Assembly: GCA_035480095.1 (NCBI GenBank)
Contig: DATIIC010000019.1
Span: forward strand, 17,658 to 81,657
Length of the DNA stretch: 64,000 nucleotides
Source: Candidatus Saccharimonadales bacterium
GTDB taxonomy: Bacteria > Patescibacteriota > Saccharimonadia > Saccharimonadales > UBA4665
Direction of reading: 5' to 3'
Positions within the stretch are counted from its first letter, which is position 1. Each line of letters begins with the position of its first letter. Both the position numbers and the translations under genes were made by a program. This document shows positions 55,901 through 64,000 of this stretch, piece by piece. The notes under the pieces are model-generated. The model searched no databases. It saw only the letters and a program-made list of their open reading frames with translations, and had not been told where the DNA came from.

Positions 55901-57463
55901 TTGTGAAGAAGCGGACGTTAAAGCGTCCGTTTTCTCTTTAGAAGAGGCATTTTGGTTAGTTCTAACCTTCCTTAGACTCCGCGCGATAGCGGGGTATTTT
56001 TCTTTTATAGGGACGAACCAGGGGTAAAGCTCTATATGCACCCTTTGGTCGCGCAGCGTCAGGCTACCACCAAGCGCGGTGAACACATCGCGTCGCTCTG
56101 TATCTGTTCCGTTATTAAAAATGTACCTCGCGTTAGTGGCAAAATCAAAGACACGCTCGGTTAGTTCTAACCATTTGTCTGCGCGACGCTCCGTATCGTG
56201 CAACGCTTCCTTTAATCGCTCCAGCTCACCAGCCAACCGCTCACGCTGCTCCACATATTCCTTGTCATCGATTAGCTCACGCAGGCGTAGGCCAGTCAGA
56301 ACGTCGAGTTCGTGCTGCTTTTTAAGCACCGCGCTGGACTGGGTTTGTTGCACAACCTCCCGCTGCTCGGTTTCTTGGTCGTGGCTAGCTCGCAACACAT
56401 CCAATGCCCAATCCCGAAACTCGGGTTCGATGGTCAGGGAAGCCAGTATGTTGTCTATCTGCTCTGTGATTTGCGCTTGGGTTAGCGACCGCTGACTACA
56501 AGGTTTCTTGTGGGTACAGTGGTAATAGGTGTACTCACGGGACAGTCCCGTACGTTTGATGGCCTTTGTCTTTGTTTCGGCGGTGATTGCACAACCACAC
56601 TCGCCGCACTGGAACGGGCCACGATACAGGAAGTCATGCGTTTTGGGTCGTGGTCGGCCTTTTCGCCCAAGCAAAACCTGTACGCGGTCAAATTCCTCTA
56701 GGGTAATCATGGGTTCATGACTGCCTTTATACAGCTCACCATTATGACGAACGTAGCCTGCATAAAAAGGGTCTGTAAACGCCCTGTACAGTGTTGAACG
56801 CGACACGGGGCAATCGCCAGTTTTGCGCGTCCTACGAAGCCTGTAGCCCCAGTCGTTATTAAGCACGTCCAGCACGTCGGGGACGCTACAGTTTCCAGTG
56901 AGCATAAGCCGCCATGCACGCTGTATTAGCGACCACCTGTCGGGGTCATTGATGATTATTTTAGTGCCCTTCATGCGCTCCGGCGTATTCAGATAACCCG
57001 TGGGTGCCCAGCCCGGTTTCCAGCCCATACTAAGCTTCTTTTCGTTACCGCGCTTTACATCCTTGCTAAGCTTGGCCGAAAAGTACTGTGACTGTGACAT
57101 GGTGAGCTGTAGCATCATCATGCCCTCGGGCGAGTTATCGAACGCGTAGGAGCCGAATTTGAGGTCACGGATAGCGCCAGTACGCACGCGATAGGTAACA
57201 CCCGAAGCGTCAATTTCGTTACGCGAAAGGCGGTCGGGGTGCCATGCAATTATGCCGTGCGCCTCACCGGCATCGATGCGCCGCAGCATATCGGCAAAAA
57301 TAGGGCGATTGTCCGGCTTAAAGGCGCTGGCCGCTTCGGGCGGCAGCTCGATAATCTCCAGGTCGGGGAACAGCTCCCGCGCCTTGTCACGCTGGCTCTG
57401 TAGCGACAACGCCTGCCGTTCTTCGGCTTCGGTAGATTTACGGGTGTACAGGAAGTATTTCAT
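55859..57463 (-). CDS. large serine recombinase (integrase)
   Basis: The resolvase catalytic domain has YTRKST...DRLSRN. A recombinase domain and zinc-ribbon-like CGECGC...YYHC follow, then a coiled coil. GGAGA lies upstream of the ATG at 57463. The last 14 codons are read from the complement of the tRNA-Asn 3' half. Confidence 0.9.
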   Translation of the reverse strand: MKYFLYTRKSTEAEERQALSLQSQRDKARELFPDLEIIELPPEAASAFKPDNRPIFADMLRRIDAGEAHGIIAWHPDRLSRNEIDASGVTYRVRTGAIRDLKFGSYAFDNSPEGMMMLQLTMSQSQYFSAKLSKDVKRGNEKKLSMGWKPGWAPTGYLNTPERMKGTKIIINDPDRWSLIQRAWRLMLTGNCSVPDVLDVLNNDWGYRLRRTRKTGDCPVSRSTLYRAFTDPFYAGYVRHNGELYKGSHEPMITLEEFDRVQVLLGRKGRPRPKTHDFLYRGPFQCGECGCAITAETKTKAIKRTGLSREYTYYHCTHKKPCSQRSLTQAQITEQIDNILASLTIEPEFRDWALDVLRASHDQETEQREVVQQTQSSAVLKKQHELDVLTGLRLRELIDDKEYVEQRERLAGELERLKEALHDTERRADKWLELTERVFDFATNARYIFNNGTDTERRDVFTALGGSLTLRDQRVHIELYPWFVPIKEKYPAIARSLRKVRTNQNASSKEKTDALTSASSQWLRGRDSNPRPID

Positions 57464-57606
57464 GATTTCTCCAATCAAAAAGGGCGACTCGCTGTTCACA
57501 CAGTCAGCAGCGAAAAGCCGCCTTCCGATACGAGCCGCCCTTAATGAGCGGAATAGAAAAGACTCTTCGCGTTTTTACTGACTATGTGAACGTTAATATT
57601 ATACCA

Positions 57607-57753
57607 TCAATCAGCTTCGGCTCGAAGTAGGGAGCGCACCAGAAGAACTAGGCTAGTGGCCTTTTTGGCAGCCTCATCACGGCTTAGTACAACGCCCGTC
57701 TTTTTGCTGTACAGCGCAACAAATTCGTCTAGCTGTGTGTCCGTAAAGTTCAT
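57607..57753 (-). CDS. possible 48-aa protein upstream of the integrase (candidate directionality factor or regulator)
   Basis: This ORF, MNFTDTQLDEFVALYSKKTGVVLSRDEAAKKATSLVLLVRSLLRAEAD, falls below the track's length cutoff. It lies directly downstream of the palindrome-rich region. Confidence 0.3.
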   Translation of the reverse strand: MNFTDTQLDEFVALYSKKTGVVLSRDEAAKKATSLVLLVRSLLRAEAD

Positions 57754-57882
57754 GGGGTATCCCTATAGTTATAGGAACTATAGATACCTACAGGTATCAC
57801 CATATGTTTCCTAATAGGGAATATATGGCGGTCTCTTTGGTTACCTATGTAGGTATCTCTATATCTATAGTTACTATAGTGG
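57754..57882. promoter_or_regulatory. AT-rich palindrome/repeat cluster (CTATAG and TACCTA..TAGGTA motifs), putative operator or recombination-associated region
   Basis: It contains CTATAGTT-ATAGG-AACTATAG, ATACC-TACA-GGTAT, TACCTA-TG-TAGGTA and CTATATCTATAGTTACTATAG. Confidence 0.4.
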
Positions 57883-58188
57883 TTAGCTGCCACTGTTTCT
57901 CTGCCATTCCTTTAGCGCAGCAATAGCAGCATCGTACATTTCTTGCCAAAGGTCGGTACGGGTGTCGAACTCTACGTCCGCGTAGTACCTGCCGAACTTT
58001 AGGTGCCTGGGCGGCTGCATCCACCAGTTGTCGTTCTTCTTTGACATTCGCATCGTCATCCCGGTGATGTACATGCCCAGGCTGGGGGACTCCACTTTTA
58101 GGCTGTATACGCCGTTTACCTCGTTCAGAACGTACGCTTCGACACCATACTTACTAAAGCCCACGGGATACCCCCAGAATCTCTTCAC
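57883..58188 (-). CDS. hypothetical protein
   Basis: This 101-aa ORF has a GTG start and overlaps the upstream ORF by 35 nt. Confidence 0.35.
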   Translation of the reverse strand: MKRFWGYPVGFSKYGVEAYVLNEVNGVYSLKVESPSLGMYITGMTMRMSKKNDNWWMQPPRHLKFGRYYADVEFDTRTDLWQEMYDAAIAALKEWQRNSGS

Positions 58189-58426
58189 GCAGCTCGTTTT
58201 GAGCTATCTCCACGGCCTGTAGAACCTGCACAACCGCAACTGGGTCGTGTAGGTCGTGACATACGCCACTAGTTTGTTCGTGCAAGCGCCTATGTTGCAG
58301 TGCGCTAAGTAGTGAATGTACCGATTCAAAATACTCGGAACGTTTCCATTGCTTGCCAGTCCGCCTTTGCAGCAGCCACCCGGTCTTGGTGGTTTTCGCT
58401 CGGTATTCGCCAAAAAATAAAACCAT
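58154..58426 (-). CDS. hypothetical protein
   Basis: This 90-aa ORF has AGGAG 4 nt upstream of its ATG. Confidence 0.45.
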   Translation of the reverse strand: MVLFFGEYRAKTTKTGWLLQRRTGKQWKRSEYFESVHSLLSALQHRRLHEQTSGVCHDLHDPVAVVQVLQAVEIAQNELREEILGVSRGL

Positions 58427-58443
58427 GTTTACTCCTAAATACT

Positions 58444-58479
58444 AAAAATCCCCCGCTCACTAGCGCGTGAAGCAGGGGG
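58444..58479 (-). terminator. putative rho-independent terminator after the 236-aa gene
   Basis: The minus strand reads CCCCCTGC-loop-GCGGGGG (one bulge), followed by ATTTTTAG. Confidence 0.4.
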
Positions 58480-58574
58480 TTCCAAGGCGCTAGTGAATCG
58501 TGAGCTTAGCTCACACGAACGACTATAGCCATAGGCAACGAGCGGTACCGCTTACCGTAGCGATAAACTTAAAT

Positions 58575-59285
58575 TCACGGCTTGTGTGACTTCTTGTATG
58601 CAGCGATAATTTTGCGAATATTTGATTCGTCGTACAGGCGGTCGAACTTTGCGCCAATCTCTTCGCGAATCTGTGGCGACTTCAGACCCTTGTTGTGCAG
58701 CCTGATGATTTCGTGACGAATGGCAGCACTATCCGACCTACTAACCCGTGCGCCAGGCTTAAAAAGCTTCGCTGGTTGGTACTCTTCTGCGCCCAGGACT
58801 GGGTGTGTGGCAAGCTGCTTTAAGTTGCGGTCGTACTCTTTATCGATGAACGCCTTTAGCTCGGTAGCTGATGTGTTTGGCGCTGCTAGTATCTGCAAAT
58901 AGCCGTGGGCATCGCTTGTCTTTGCCGGCACCTCCTCTGGTAATACCGTGTCTTTGTAGTACCACGCTGGGTCTTTGTGCGGGCCCCGTACGCCGTGCGC
59001 GTGGCTGATGTACTCAATGGGCGATTTGATTTGTTCAAGCAGCTTAGTATCCAACGCATCGGGGTGCAAGATGTGGTAGTAGTATGCCTGCACACATTCC
59101 CACGGTATTTTGTAGCGCTTCATTAAACGGAATACTCCCTGGTCTATAGGCTCATAACCCCAGTCGTGGCGAAACCGCTCCGTCTGCCTTTGCACGGCCG
59201 GGTCATCTATGAACGTTTTGAAAAGTCTCCACCGTCTTTCAAGCCAGACTGGTACATTTGGGGCGCTACCCATTGCATACATCAT
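58575..59285 (-). CDS. hypothetical protein with a possible C-terminal helix-turn-helix
   Basis: This 236-aa protein has the C-terminal region SAAIRHEIIRLHNKGLKSPQIREEIG, which resembles a short HTH. Confidence 0.5.
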   Translation of the reverse strand: MMYAMGSAPNVPVWLERRWRLFKTFIDDPAVQRQTERFRHDWGYEPIDQGVFRLMKRYKIPWECVQAYYYHILHPDALDTKLLEQIKSPIEYISHAHGVRGPHKDPAWYYKDTVLPEEVPAKTSDAHGYLQILAAPNTSATELKAFIDKEYDRNLKQLATHPVLGAEEYQPAKLFKPGARVSRSDSAAIRHEIIRLHNKGLKSPQIREEIGAKFDRLYDESNIRKIIAAYKKSHKP

Positions 59286-59533
59286 AACATCGGTGGCAGT
59301 TGTTTGGCAGCCCTGTAAATGGTATAAAACCTATAAGCTCTTTGAGCTATGACCTAAAGCCACGCGCAAGCGAAGGTATGGTCGCCAAAACCACATAGAA
59401 GAATTTAAGCTCGTCGTCAGAGCCCTCTTCTATGTGGTGCAGCCCGAAAGGGTTGTAGGCGTCCGCAAGGGCGTCGCTGGCGGCGGGCTTTTTGTTTGCC
59501 GCAAAACCAACCACAACACCGGAGGCAACAGGC

Positions 59534-60031
59534 ATGGGCTTATTCACTAAACCGACATTCACACCAGACGTAGCCGCAGGCGATACCATGCGCATTGCGG
59601 CGCAGGATTACGCCTGGCTAAACAACGAGCTGCGACCCTACACCAAACTCGAACGGCCATCACTCATGCCCGGACAGCTCGAATACCTAAAGGTGATTTG
59701 TGCCATTCTGCTCAAACAGGCTACGGTTGCACTGGGCGAAGCTGGGGATACCTACTTCGATGATTACATGACCACCATTCTGAACCGTATGCAGGACGTC
59801 CCGGATGCGGAGCTAATCGTACAGGTGCTGCAAACACAGGAGCTGTACGACGACGTTGGCTACTTAATGGGGCTGCCGATGGACGAACTTATAGCGGTGG
59901 CGACCAAGCGCGTGGCAAAGGCACTACCATATAGCCTGTCTGCCAAGGAGCGCGATATATTGGTGGACTTCATGGTTGTTCGACTGCCTAAGCTCACAGA
60001 GGGTATACAGAAGCACAATTTCGAGCTGTAG
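59534..60031 (+). CDS. hypothetical protein
   Basis: The ATG at 59534 is preceded by GGAGG. The track's start at 59492 is an alternative. Confidence 0.45.
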   Translation: MGLFTKPTFTPDVAAGDTMRIAAQDYAWLNNELRPYTKLERPSLMPGQLEYLKVICAILLKQATVALGEAGDTYFDDYMTTILNRMQDVPDAELIVQVLQTQELYDDVGYLMGLPMDELIAVATKRVAKALPYSLSAKERDILVDFMVVRLPKLTEGIQKHNFEL

Positions 60032-60129
60032 CTTCCGTACAAGCATTGCGGGTATATCACCGACGGTGTTTGTCTGTTATATTCTGACATCCATTTCTGG
60101 CCCTATGCCGCGCCAGCGTAACCAGGCCT

Positions 60130-60135
60130 TATACT
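60130..60135 (+). promoter_or_regulatory. -10 box TATACT, 6 nt upstream of ATG 60142 (leaderless arrangement)
   Basis: TATACT is followed by AGAGTT and then ATG. Confidence 0.45.
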
Positions 60136-60141
60136 AGAGTT

Positions 60142-60879
60142 ATGCCATCAGACTACTGGGAGTTAAATTACAAGGAGCTCAACAAAGACACGGTAAAGAT
60201 ATGCTACCTATGTGGCAGAGAGCTATCTGGGGAGGTCAGCCCTGACCACGTTATACCCACCGGACTATTCGCCAAAGGCTCCCCGAAACGACCCCAGCTT
60301 GCCGTGCACCACGGTTGCAACAACAGCAAGTCGTTCGAGGATGAGAAGTTTATCCGACAAATTCAGGTCATGGGCTCACTGAATCCCGATGCCGAAGCCG
60401 AAGCAATAAAGCTGTTACACAAAGCCCAAGCCCAAAAGCCAAACGCTTACATAATAGGCAAGTCCCACCTACTTCGCGACTACAAGAAAGCTGTGGGCCT
60501 GCTGGATAAGACCTCGTGGGGCATGCAGCTTGTGGTGGACGGTGATGTAAAGTCCGCTCTGCACTTTGGCAAGGAAAACGCCGAGCTGGTTGCCGCGTAC
60601 ATGAAACGACTGTGCAGGGGGCTGTACATAAGGAATGTACCTGACGCGACCCCCGCAATACCCCGCCTTAGGGGTGTACAGTATGCCGCAGCAAAACTCG
60701 CAGGCAATCTGGAAGAATTCACCACGCCTGTAAACACCCTTATGCAACAGTGTGGCTATGTCCAGCAGTGGGGCAACCGCGTGCGCTACGCAGGGAACTT
60801 CCTATCATCAGATATCAGCAAAGGCTTCGTGTTCGTTGAGTTTTATGGCGAGGTCGGCTATCTGGCTATGTTCGAGTAA
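60142..60879 (+). CDS. HNH-type (HNH_5-like) endonuclease-fold protein with an uncharacterised C-terminal domain
   Basis: CYLCGRELSGEVSPDHVIPTGLF....VHHGCNNSKSFEDE fits the HNH_5-type pattern. It is 245 aa. Confidence 0.65.
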   Translation: MPSDYWELNYKELNKDTVKICYLCGRELSGEVSPDHVIPTGLFAKGSPKRPQLAVHHGCNNSKSFEDEKFIRQIQVMGSLNPDAEAEAIKLLHKAQAQKPNAYIIGKSHLLRDYKKAVGLLDKTSWGMQLVVDGDVKSALHFGKENAELVAAYMKRLCRGLYIRNVPDATPAIPRLRGVQYAAAKLAGNLEEFTTPVNTLMQQCGYVQQWGNRVRYAGNFLSSDISKGFVFVEFYGEVGYLAMFE

Positions 60880-60885
60880 TACCGT

Positions 60886-60891
60886 TAGAAT
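60886..60891 (+). promoter_or_regulatory. -10 box TAGAAT, 6 nt upstream of ATG 60898 (leaderless arrangement)
   Basis: TAGAAT is followed by TGCGCT and then ATG. Confidence 0.45.
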
Positions 60892-60897
60892 TGCGCT

Positions 60898-62589
60898 ATG
60901 AGCACACGAAAAAATTCCAACTTACAGGGCCGTGACGCCGAAGAAAACGTTCTCGAATATTTGCAAAGCTTCCTAAATCAGTTGGGGTTCACTGGACTAA
61001 AGAAGCGAAAGCAGTCCAGCGGAAGCCAGCAGGGGAAAGATATCCAGATGGCTTGGGTTTCCAGCGGGAACAAGTACAACTGGCACTTTGAAGTAAAATC
61101 CCAACGCTCCGAGGAAATTCTAAAAAAGGACATCCTAGAAAAACTCGATGACACAAAACGCTCCGGCCACGAAATAGACTGCTGGTGCCTGGTTGCACTC
61201 CACCGCAATCCAAAAAATGAACTGGATGACGCCATACAGGATTGGAACGCGCGAAAGCAATTTCCCTTTAAGATAGTTGTGTGGTCTCCCGAAACGTATC
61301 TTCCCGAGCAAATCCGCGCTATCGACCAAGCCGTTTACGGGAAGATATACGGCGACACAGAACCCCCGGCCCCGAATTATGACCTTGGGGTTTTCAAAAA
61401 CGACGTCAATACACTAAGTCAGGAAGGCCGCCGTGCTCGTGAGCTTTACCCTAAAGACATCGCGAACAGCCTTTTGGACAGCCGTGATGATGCATCCGGC
61501 ATGCTGGGTGTACTGGACAGGGTATACGGATTTGGGCGTGAGCATAAAGACTTTACTATCGAGAACGTTCAGCACACCTCGACTGGGACATCTGCATCAA
61601 TCATGCCTCGCGAAGGCAGACAGGTTACGATTACCGGAACCTTTAAGCTAGACCCCGCCAAGCAGAAAGAATACAACGAATTCCTTAAGCTGGAACGCTC
61701 CGCGATTGAGCTCGAGCCACAGGAGATAGAGAGCATTGAAGCTCTTGTCGGCACAACCAGCATCCTGCCAAAAGACGGGGGTAATAAACTTATAATCTCA
61801 CGCCCTCCGCCAGAGTTTCCGGTGTTCTCCCTATACAGCAAAAAGCGTAATTACTTGGCGCTCAAGCGCCTAGATTTGCCTTACAAGGAAGTGCGGGACG
61901 GCGCACTTGTATTTGACAACTTTGGCAGCGGCGACCCTACATGGGTATCCCTCGTAATAGAGAAAGACGGCCTATCCTTCAAAAATGTTCACGCTAACCG
62001 GGAAAGCCCTGACTACGAAATCGAGCTCGAGCTTAGCACGCTAGATTTCTGGGAAGATACGGTTACGAATCAAGCCATTACCGTAGAAGACGTATCTACC
62101 CACAAGAAGATACTCGAGGGCGTCTTTATGCCCACGAACATTGATGTGGGCGACACCATGGATGCTATACACGACTTCAGACTAATCCTAAAGAAGCTGC
62201 GCGACATACGCGACTTTTGCGGACAAAAGCTGCCCGTACCTAGGCAGCTAACGAGGGAGGAATACGATACAGTAATCCGCATTCATCGCGCTATAACAGA
62301 GAAGGAAGTGAAGGTCAGGCTAAATGGCTCGAGTTTTGTTGTTCCAAGCTCCAAAGCCGTTGACGACATACCGGAAGGGCTACAAAGCGAATATTACACA
62401 GTGCTCGACCCATACATGGAGGACCTGTTCGGTATACCCATAGACCTTGGCAAGGTGTTAATGGAACACCACAATATGCGTATCGAGAAGAAGGCCCAAA
62501 AGGCTGGCGTACGGGTAACCATGTCCGCAGAGGACGATAGTTCATACAGCATTTTTAAGTTTGGGGATGCCATACCCGAAGGTGCTTAG
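60898..62589 (+). CDS. 563-aa protein: N-terminal Mrr-like PD-(D/E)xK restriction-endonuclease fold, with a large uncharacterised C-terminal region
   Basis: The N-terminus GRDAEENVLEYLQSFLNQLGF...QQGKDIQMAW...WHFEVKSQ fits the G..(F/A)E...G(F/Y)...D(I)...E(V)K layout of Mrr_cat-type nucleases. The remaining roughly 420 aa show no recognised motif and no P-loop. Confidence 0.55.
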   Translation: MSTRKNSNLQGRDAEENVLEYLQSFLNQLGFTGLKKRKQSSGSQQGKDIQMAWVSSGNKYNWHFEVKSQRSEEILKKDILEKLDDTKRSGHEIDCWCLVALHRNPKNELDDAIQDWNARKQFPFKIVVWSPETYLPEQIRAIDQAVYGKIYGDTEPPAPNYDLGVFKNDVNTLSQEGRRARELYPKDIANSLLDSRDDASGMLGVLDRVYGFGREHKDFTIENVQHTSTGTSASIMPREGRQVTITGTFKLDPAKQKEYNEFLKLERSAIELEPQEIESIEALVGTTSILPKDGGNKLIISRPPPEFPVFSLYSKKRNYLALKRLDLPYKEVRDGALVFDNFGSGDPTWVSLVIEKDGLSFKNVHANRESPDYEIELELSTLDFWEDTVTNQAITVEDVSTHKKILEGVFMPTNIDVGDTMDAIHDFRLILKKLRDIRDFCGQKLPVPRQLTREEYDTVIRIHRAITEKEVKVRLNGSSFVVPSSKAVDDIPEGLQSEYYTVLDPYMEDLFGIPIDLGKVLMEHHNMRIEKKAQKAGVRVTMSAEDDSSYSIFKFGDAIPEGA

Positions 62590-62594
62590 GCCAG

Positions 62595-62603
62595 TGTTAT
62601 CAT
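62595..62603 (+). promoter_or_regulatory. extended -10 box TGTTATCAT, 6 nt upstream of ATG 62610 (leaderless arrangement)
   Basis: TGTTATCAT is followed by GTGCAC and then ATG. Confidence 0.45.
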
Positions 62604-62609
62604 GTGCAC

Positions 62610-63125
62610 ATGAACCATCAGCACTCCCAGCTAATAAGTAAGTTCGTAAGCTCCCAAAGCATGCTGGCAATAATGACGCTAGTTCAGGCGATGACTGCCG
62701 CCGAAGTGTCTTCCACAGCTTTTATAAACACGGGGCAGAAATTGAAAACCGACCCGCCCGGAGCCGTCATGGAGCTCCTCGCCCATGCTCGTTTCTTTAG
62801 CGAGTCCTGCGGATGGTTTGCTCTAGCCGCGCGCCGCCTAAGGCACGACACTACGGACGGCATCGGTCAGTTACTAACAGACAACAAGCAACTTATAGAC
62901 AATCTGTACGGCGTACGGGTTGCCGTAAACCACCATTACAACGAAGACCTGGCCGACGAATACCGAAAAAATAACTACACGCCCGGCAGGCACCTAGACA
63001 AGTTTGCATTCAAGTTTCGCCCCAAGCTCGATGACATGAGTTTTCAGATTGGCACCCTCGAGGTTAGCATCGCGGCCCAACTGGCTGCGATGCAAAAGAT
63101 AGAGAAAGCTTTACTAGAGCTTTAG
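62610..63125 (+). CDS. hypothetical helical protein
   Basis: It is a 171-aa ORF if started at ATG 62610. The track's GTG at 62604 abuts the -10 box. No motif was recognised. Confidence 0.45.
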   Translation: MNHQHSQLISKFVSSQSMLAIMTLVQAMTAAEVSSTAFINTGQKLKTDPPGAVMELLAHARFFSESCGWFALAARRLRHDTTDGIGQLLTDNKQLIDNLYGVRVAVNHHYNEDLADEYRKNNYTPGRHLDKFAFKFRPKLDDMSFQIGTLEVSIAAQLAAMQKIEKALLEL

Positions 63126-63260
63126 GCTTGCACAGTCGCAGCCCTAACGCCCAGTACTACGACAAATCGGGGCTAAAATAAGCAGCAGCCTCTGTTTTTA
63201 TTTTAGACCTGGTGGAGTCCTAAGTTACAACTTACTCATATCTTTGTTATGATTGTGCCA

Positions 63261-64000
63261 ATGAGTAGAACAAATCCTGTTATTGCCTATTACCACACCT
63301 TTGAATCGAAGCTTGGCTACAGATGGCTTCAAGGTATTAAGCATTTTGGCTACTATCCCGAGGGGCAGGAAAGCCTACCCAAGAGAGAAGCGCAGCTGCT
63401 TATGAATGACCAGCTTGCAAAAAAGCTGGACTTACCAAAAGGTGCGGTCGTGCTTGACGCAGGATGCGGTGAAGGCGGTGTTGCGCTGTACTTAACCAAG
63501 AAATATCACCTTCGGGTTCAAGGTATTGATTTGCTCGACTTTAACGTAGAGCAAGCGCGCACAGGCGCAATTACGGCTGGCGTTGACCCAAACCTATTCC
63601 AGGAAGGTTCTTACATGAAGTTACCTTACGCAGATAACACATTCGACGGCCTATACACCATGGAGACACTTGTACATGCGCCAGACTACAGGGTTGCTAT
63701 GCGGGAGTTCCACCGTGTTCTGAAGCCCGGGGGCAAGTTGGTATTGTTTGAATACACCATTACTCCACCTTCAGAAACAGCAAACAAAGAGGGCTTGGCC
63801 GCTATACGCAAAGTAAATGAATACGCCTCAATGCCCGCCTTCAACGAATTTGAGCATGGCACCTTTGAAGATAAGCTTACAAAAGCTGGTTTTAAACACG
63901 TTAAAGAGCTAGACATAACCGACCGAATGCGGCCGATGCTTGCTTATTTTGCGCGAAAGGCACGGATACCGTATTCAATTATTAAGGCCCTGGGGCTCCG
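63261..64000 (+). CDS. class I SAM-dependent methyltransferase (3' end outside window)
   Basis: This ORF is not in the track because it has no stop in the window. Its translation contains VLDAGCGEGG (motif I), ADNTFDGLY and LKPGGKLVLFEY. TATGAT lies 7 nt upstream of the ATG at 63261. Confidence 0.8.
   Translation, partial: MSRTNPVIAYYHTFESKLGYRWLQGIKHFGYYPEGQESLPKREAQLLMNDQLAKKLDLPKGAVVLDAGCGEGGVALYLTKKYHLRVQGIDLLDFNVEQARTGAITAGVDPNLFQEGSYMKLPYADNTFDGLYTMETLVHAPDYRVAMREFHRVLKPGGKLVLFEYTITPPSETANKEGLAAIRKVNEYASMPAFNEFEHGTFEDKLTKAGFKHVKELDITDRMRPMLAYFARKARIPYSIIKALGL

Larger units (their letters stand above)
55826..64000. mobile_element. integrative element inserted at tRNA-Asn (distal end not found, probably beyond the window)
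   Basis: A large serine recombinase abuts and overlaps the tRNA 3' half. The region is visibly AT-richer than the chromosome to its left. Its genes are small phage- or island-like ORFs and nuclease-type genes. Confidence 0.5.

Noticed and set aside
57754-57882. A possible CRISPR-like or tandem-repeat array
   Set aside because: The repeats are short (6-9 nt) palindromic half-sites with irregular spacing in a 129-bp spacer, and no repeat-spacer periodicity is present. No CRISPR array was seen anywhere in the window.
59347-59595. An 82-aa minus-strand ORF in the island
   Set aside because: It overlaps the SD-supported start of the plus-strand gene at 59534 and lies in a divergent promoter region. 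There is no supporting signal.
63126-63260. The distal att site (a repeat of the tRNA-Asn 3' end) that would mark the island boundary
   Set aside because: No copy of the GGTTCGAATCCCGCCCCCGGAGCCA-type sequence was visible here or elsewhere downstream of the tRNA. The boundary therefore remains undefined.

Overview
This is a densely coding, GC-rich bacterial chromosomal segment. All calls come from reading the sequence and ORF translations by eye; no searches were run. The taxon cannot be established; the compact gene set suggests a small-genome aerobe.

Core content:
- A cytochrome bo3-type quinol oxidase operon (cyoABCD-cyoE), plus NDH-2 and a FAD-linked dehydrogenase.
- A DrrAB-like ABC exporter.
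- A UvrD-type helicase-nuclease.
- An aquaporin.
- A DabA/DabB (DUF2309 plus NuoL-like) inorganic-carbon pump pair.
- A complete F1Fo ATP synthase operon.
- A divergent RpoD-like sigma factor, smpB, and glycan-metabolism genes.
- tRNA-Asn.

Accessory content:
- The 3' part of an RHS/YD polymorphic toxin with a GIY-YIG-like tip and a likely immunity gene (2-1820).
- A low-GC two-gene island (14340-16476).
- An integrative element at tRNA-Asn (55826 to beyond 64000). It has a large serine recombinase and a three-gene nuclease-rich cassette (60142-63125).

Most unusual observations:
1. The ATP synthase operon is interrupted by six small ORFs of unknown function, all translationally coupled to their neighbours.
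2. Two unrelated low-GC islands each carry an HNH_5-like protein next to a large uncharacterised partner. These are candidate defence modules.
3. A hairpin-rich palindromic mini-element of about 90 bp sits in frame inside the helicase gene.
4. A TGnTAnnnT -10 box lies 6-12 nt upstream of many start codons, which implies widespread leaderless mRNAs.
5. A SET-domain gene lies next to a flavin amine-oxidase-family gene.

No CRISPR array, rRNA or tmRNA was seen.
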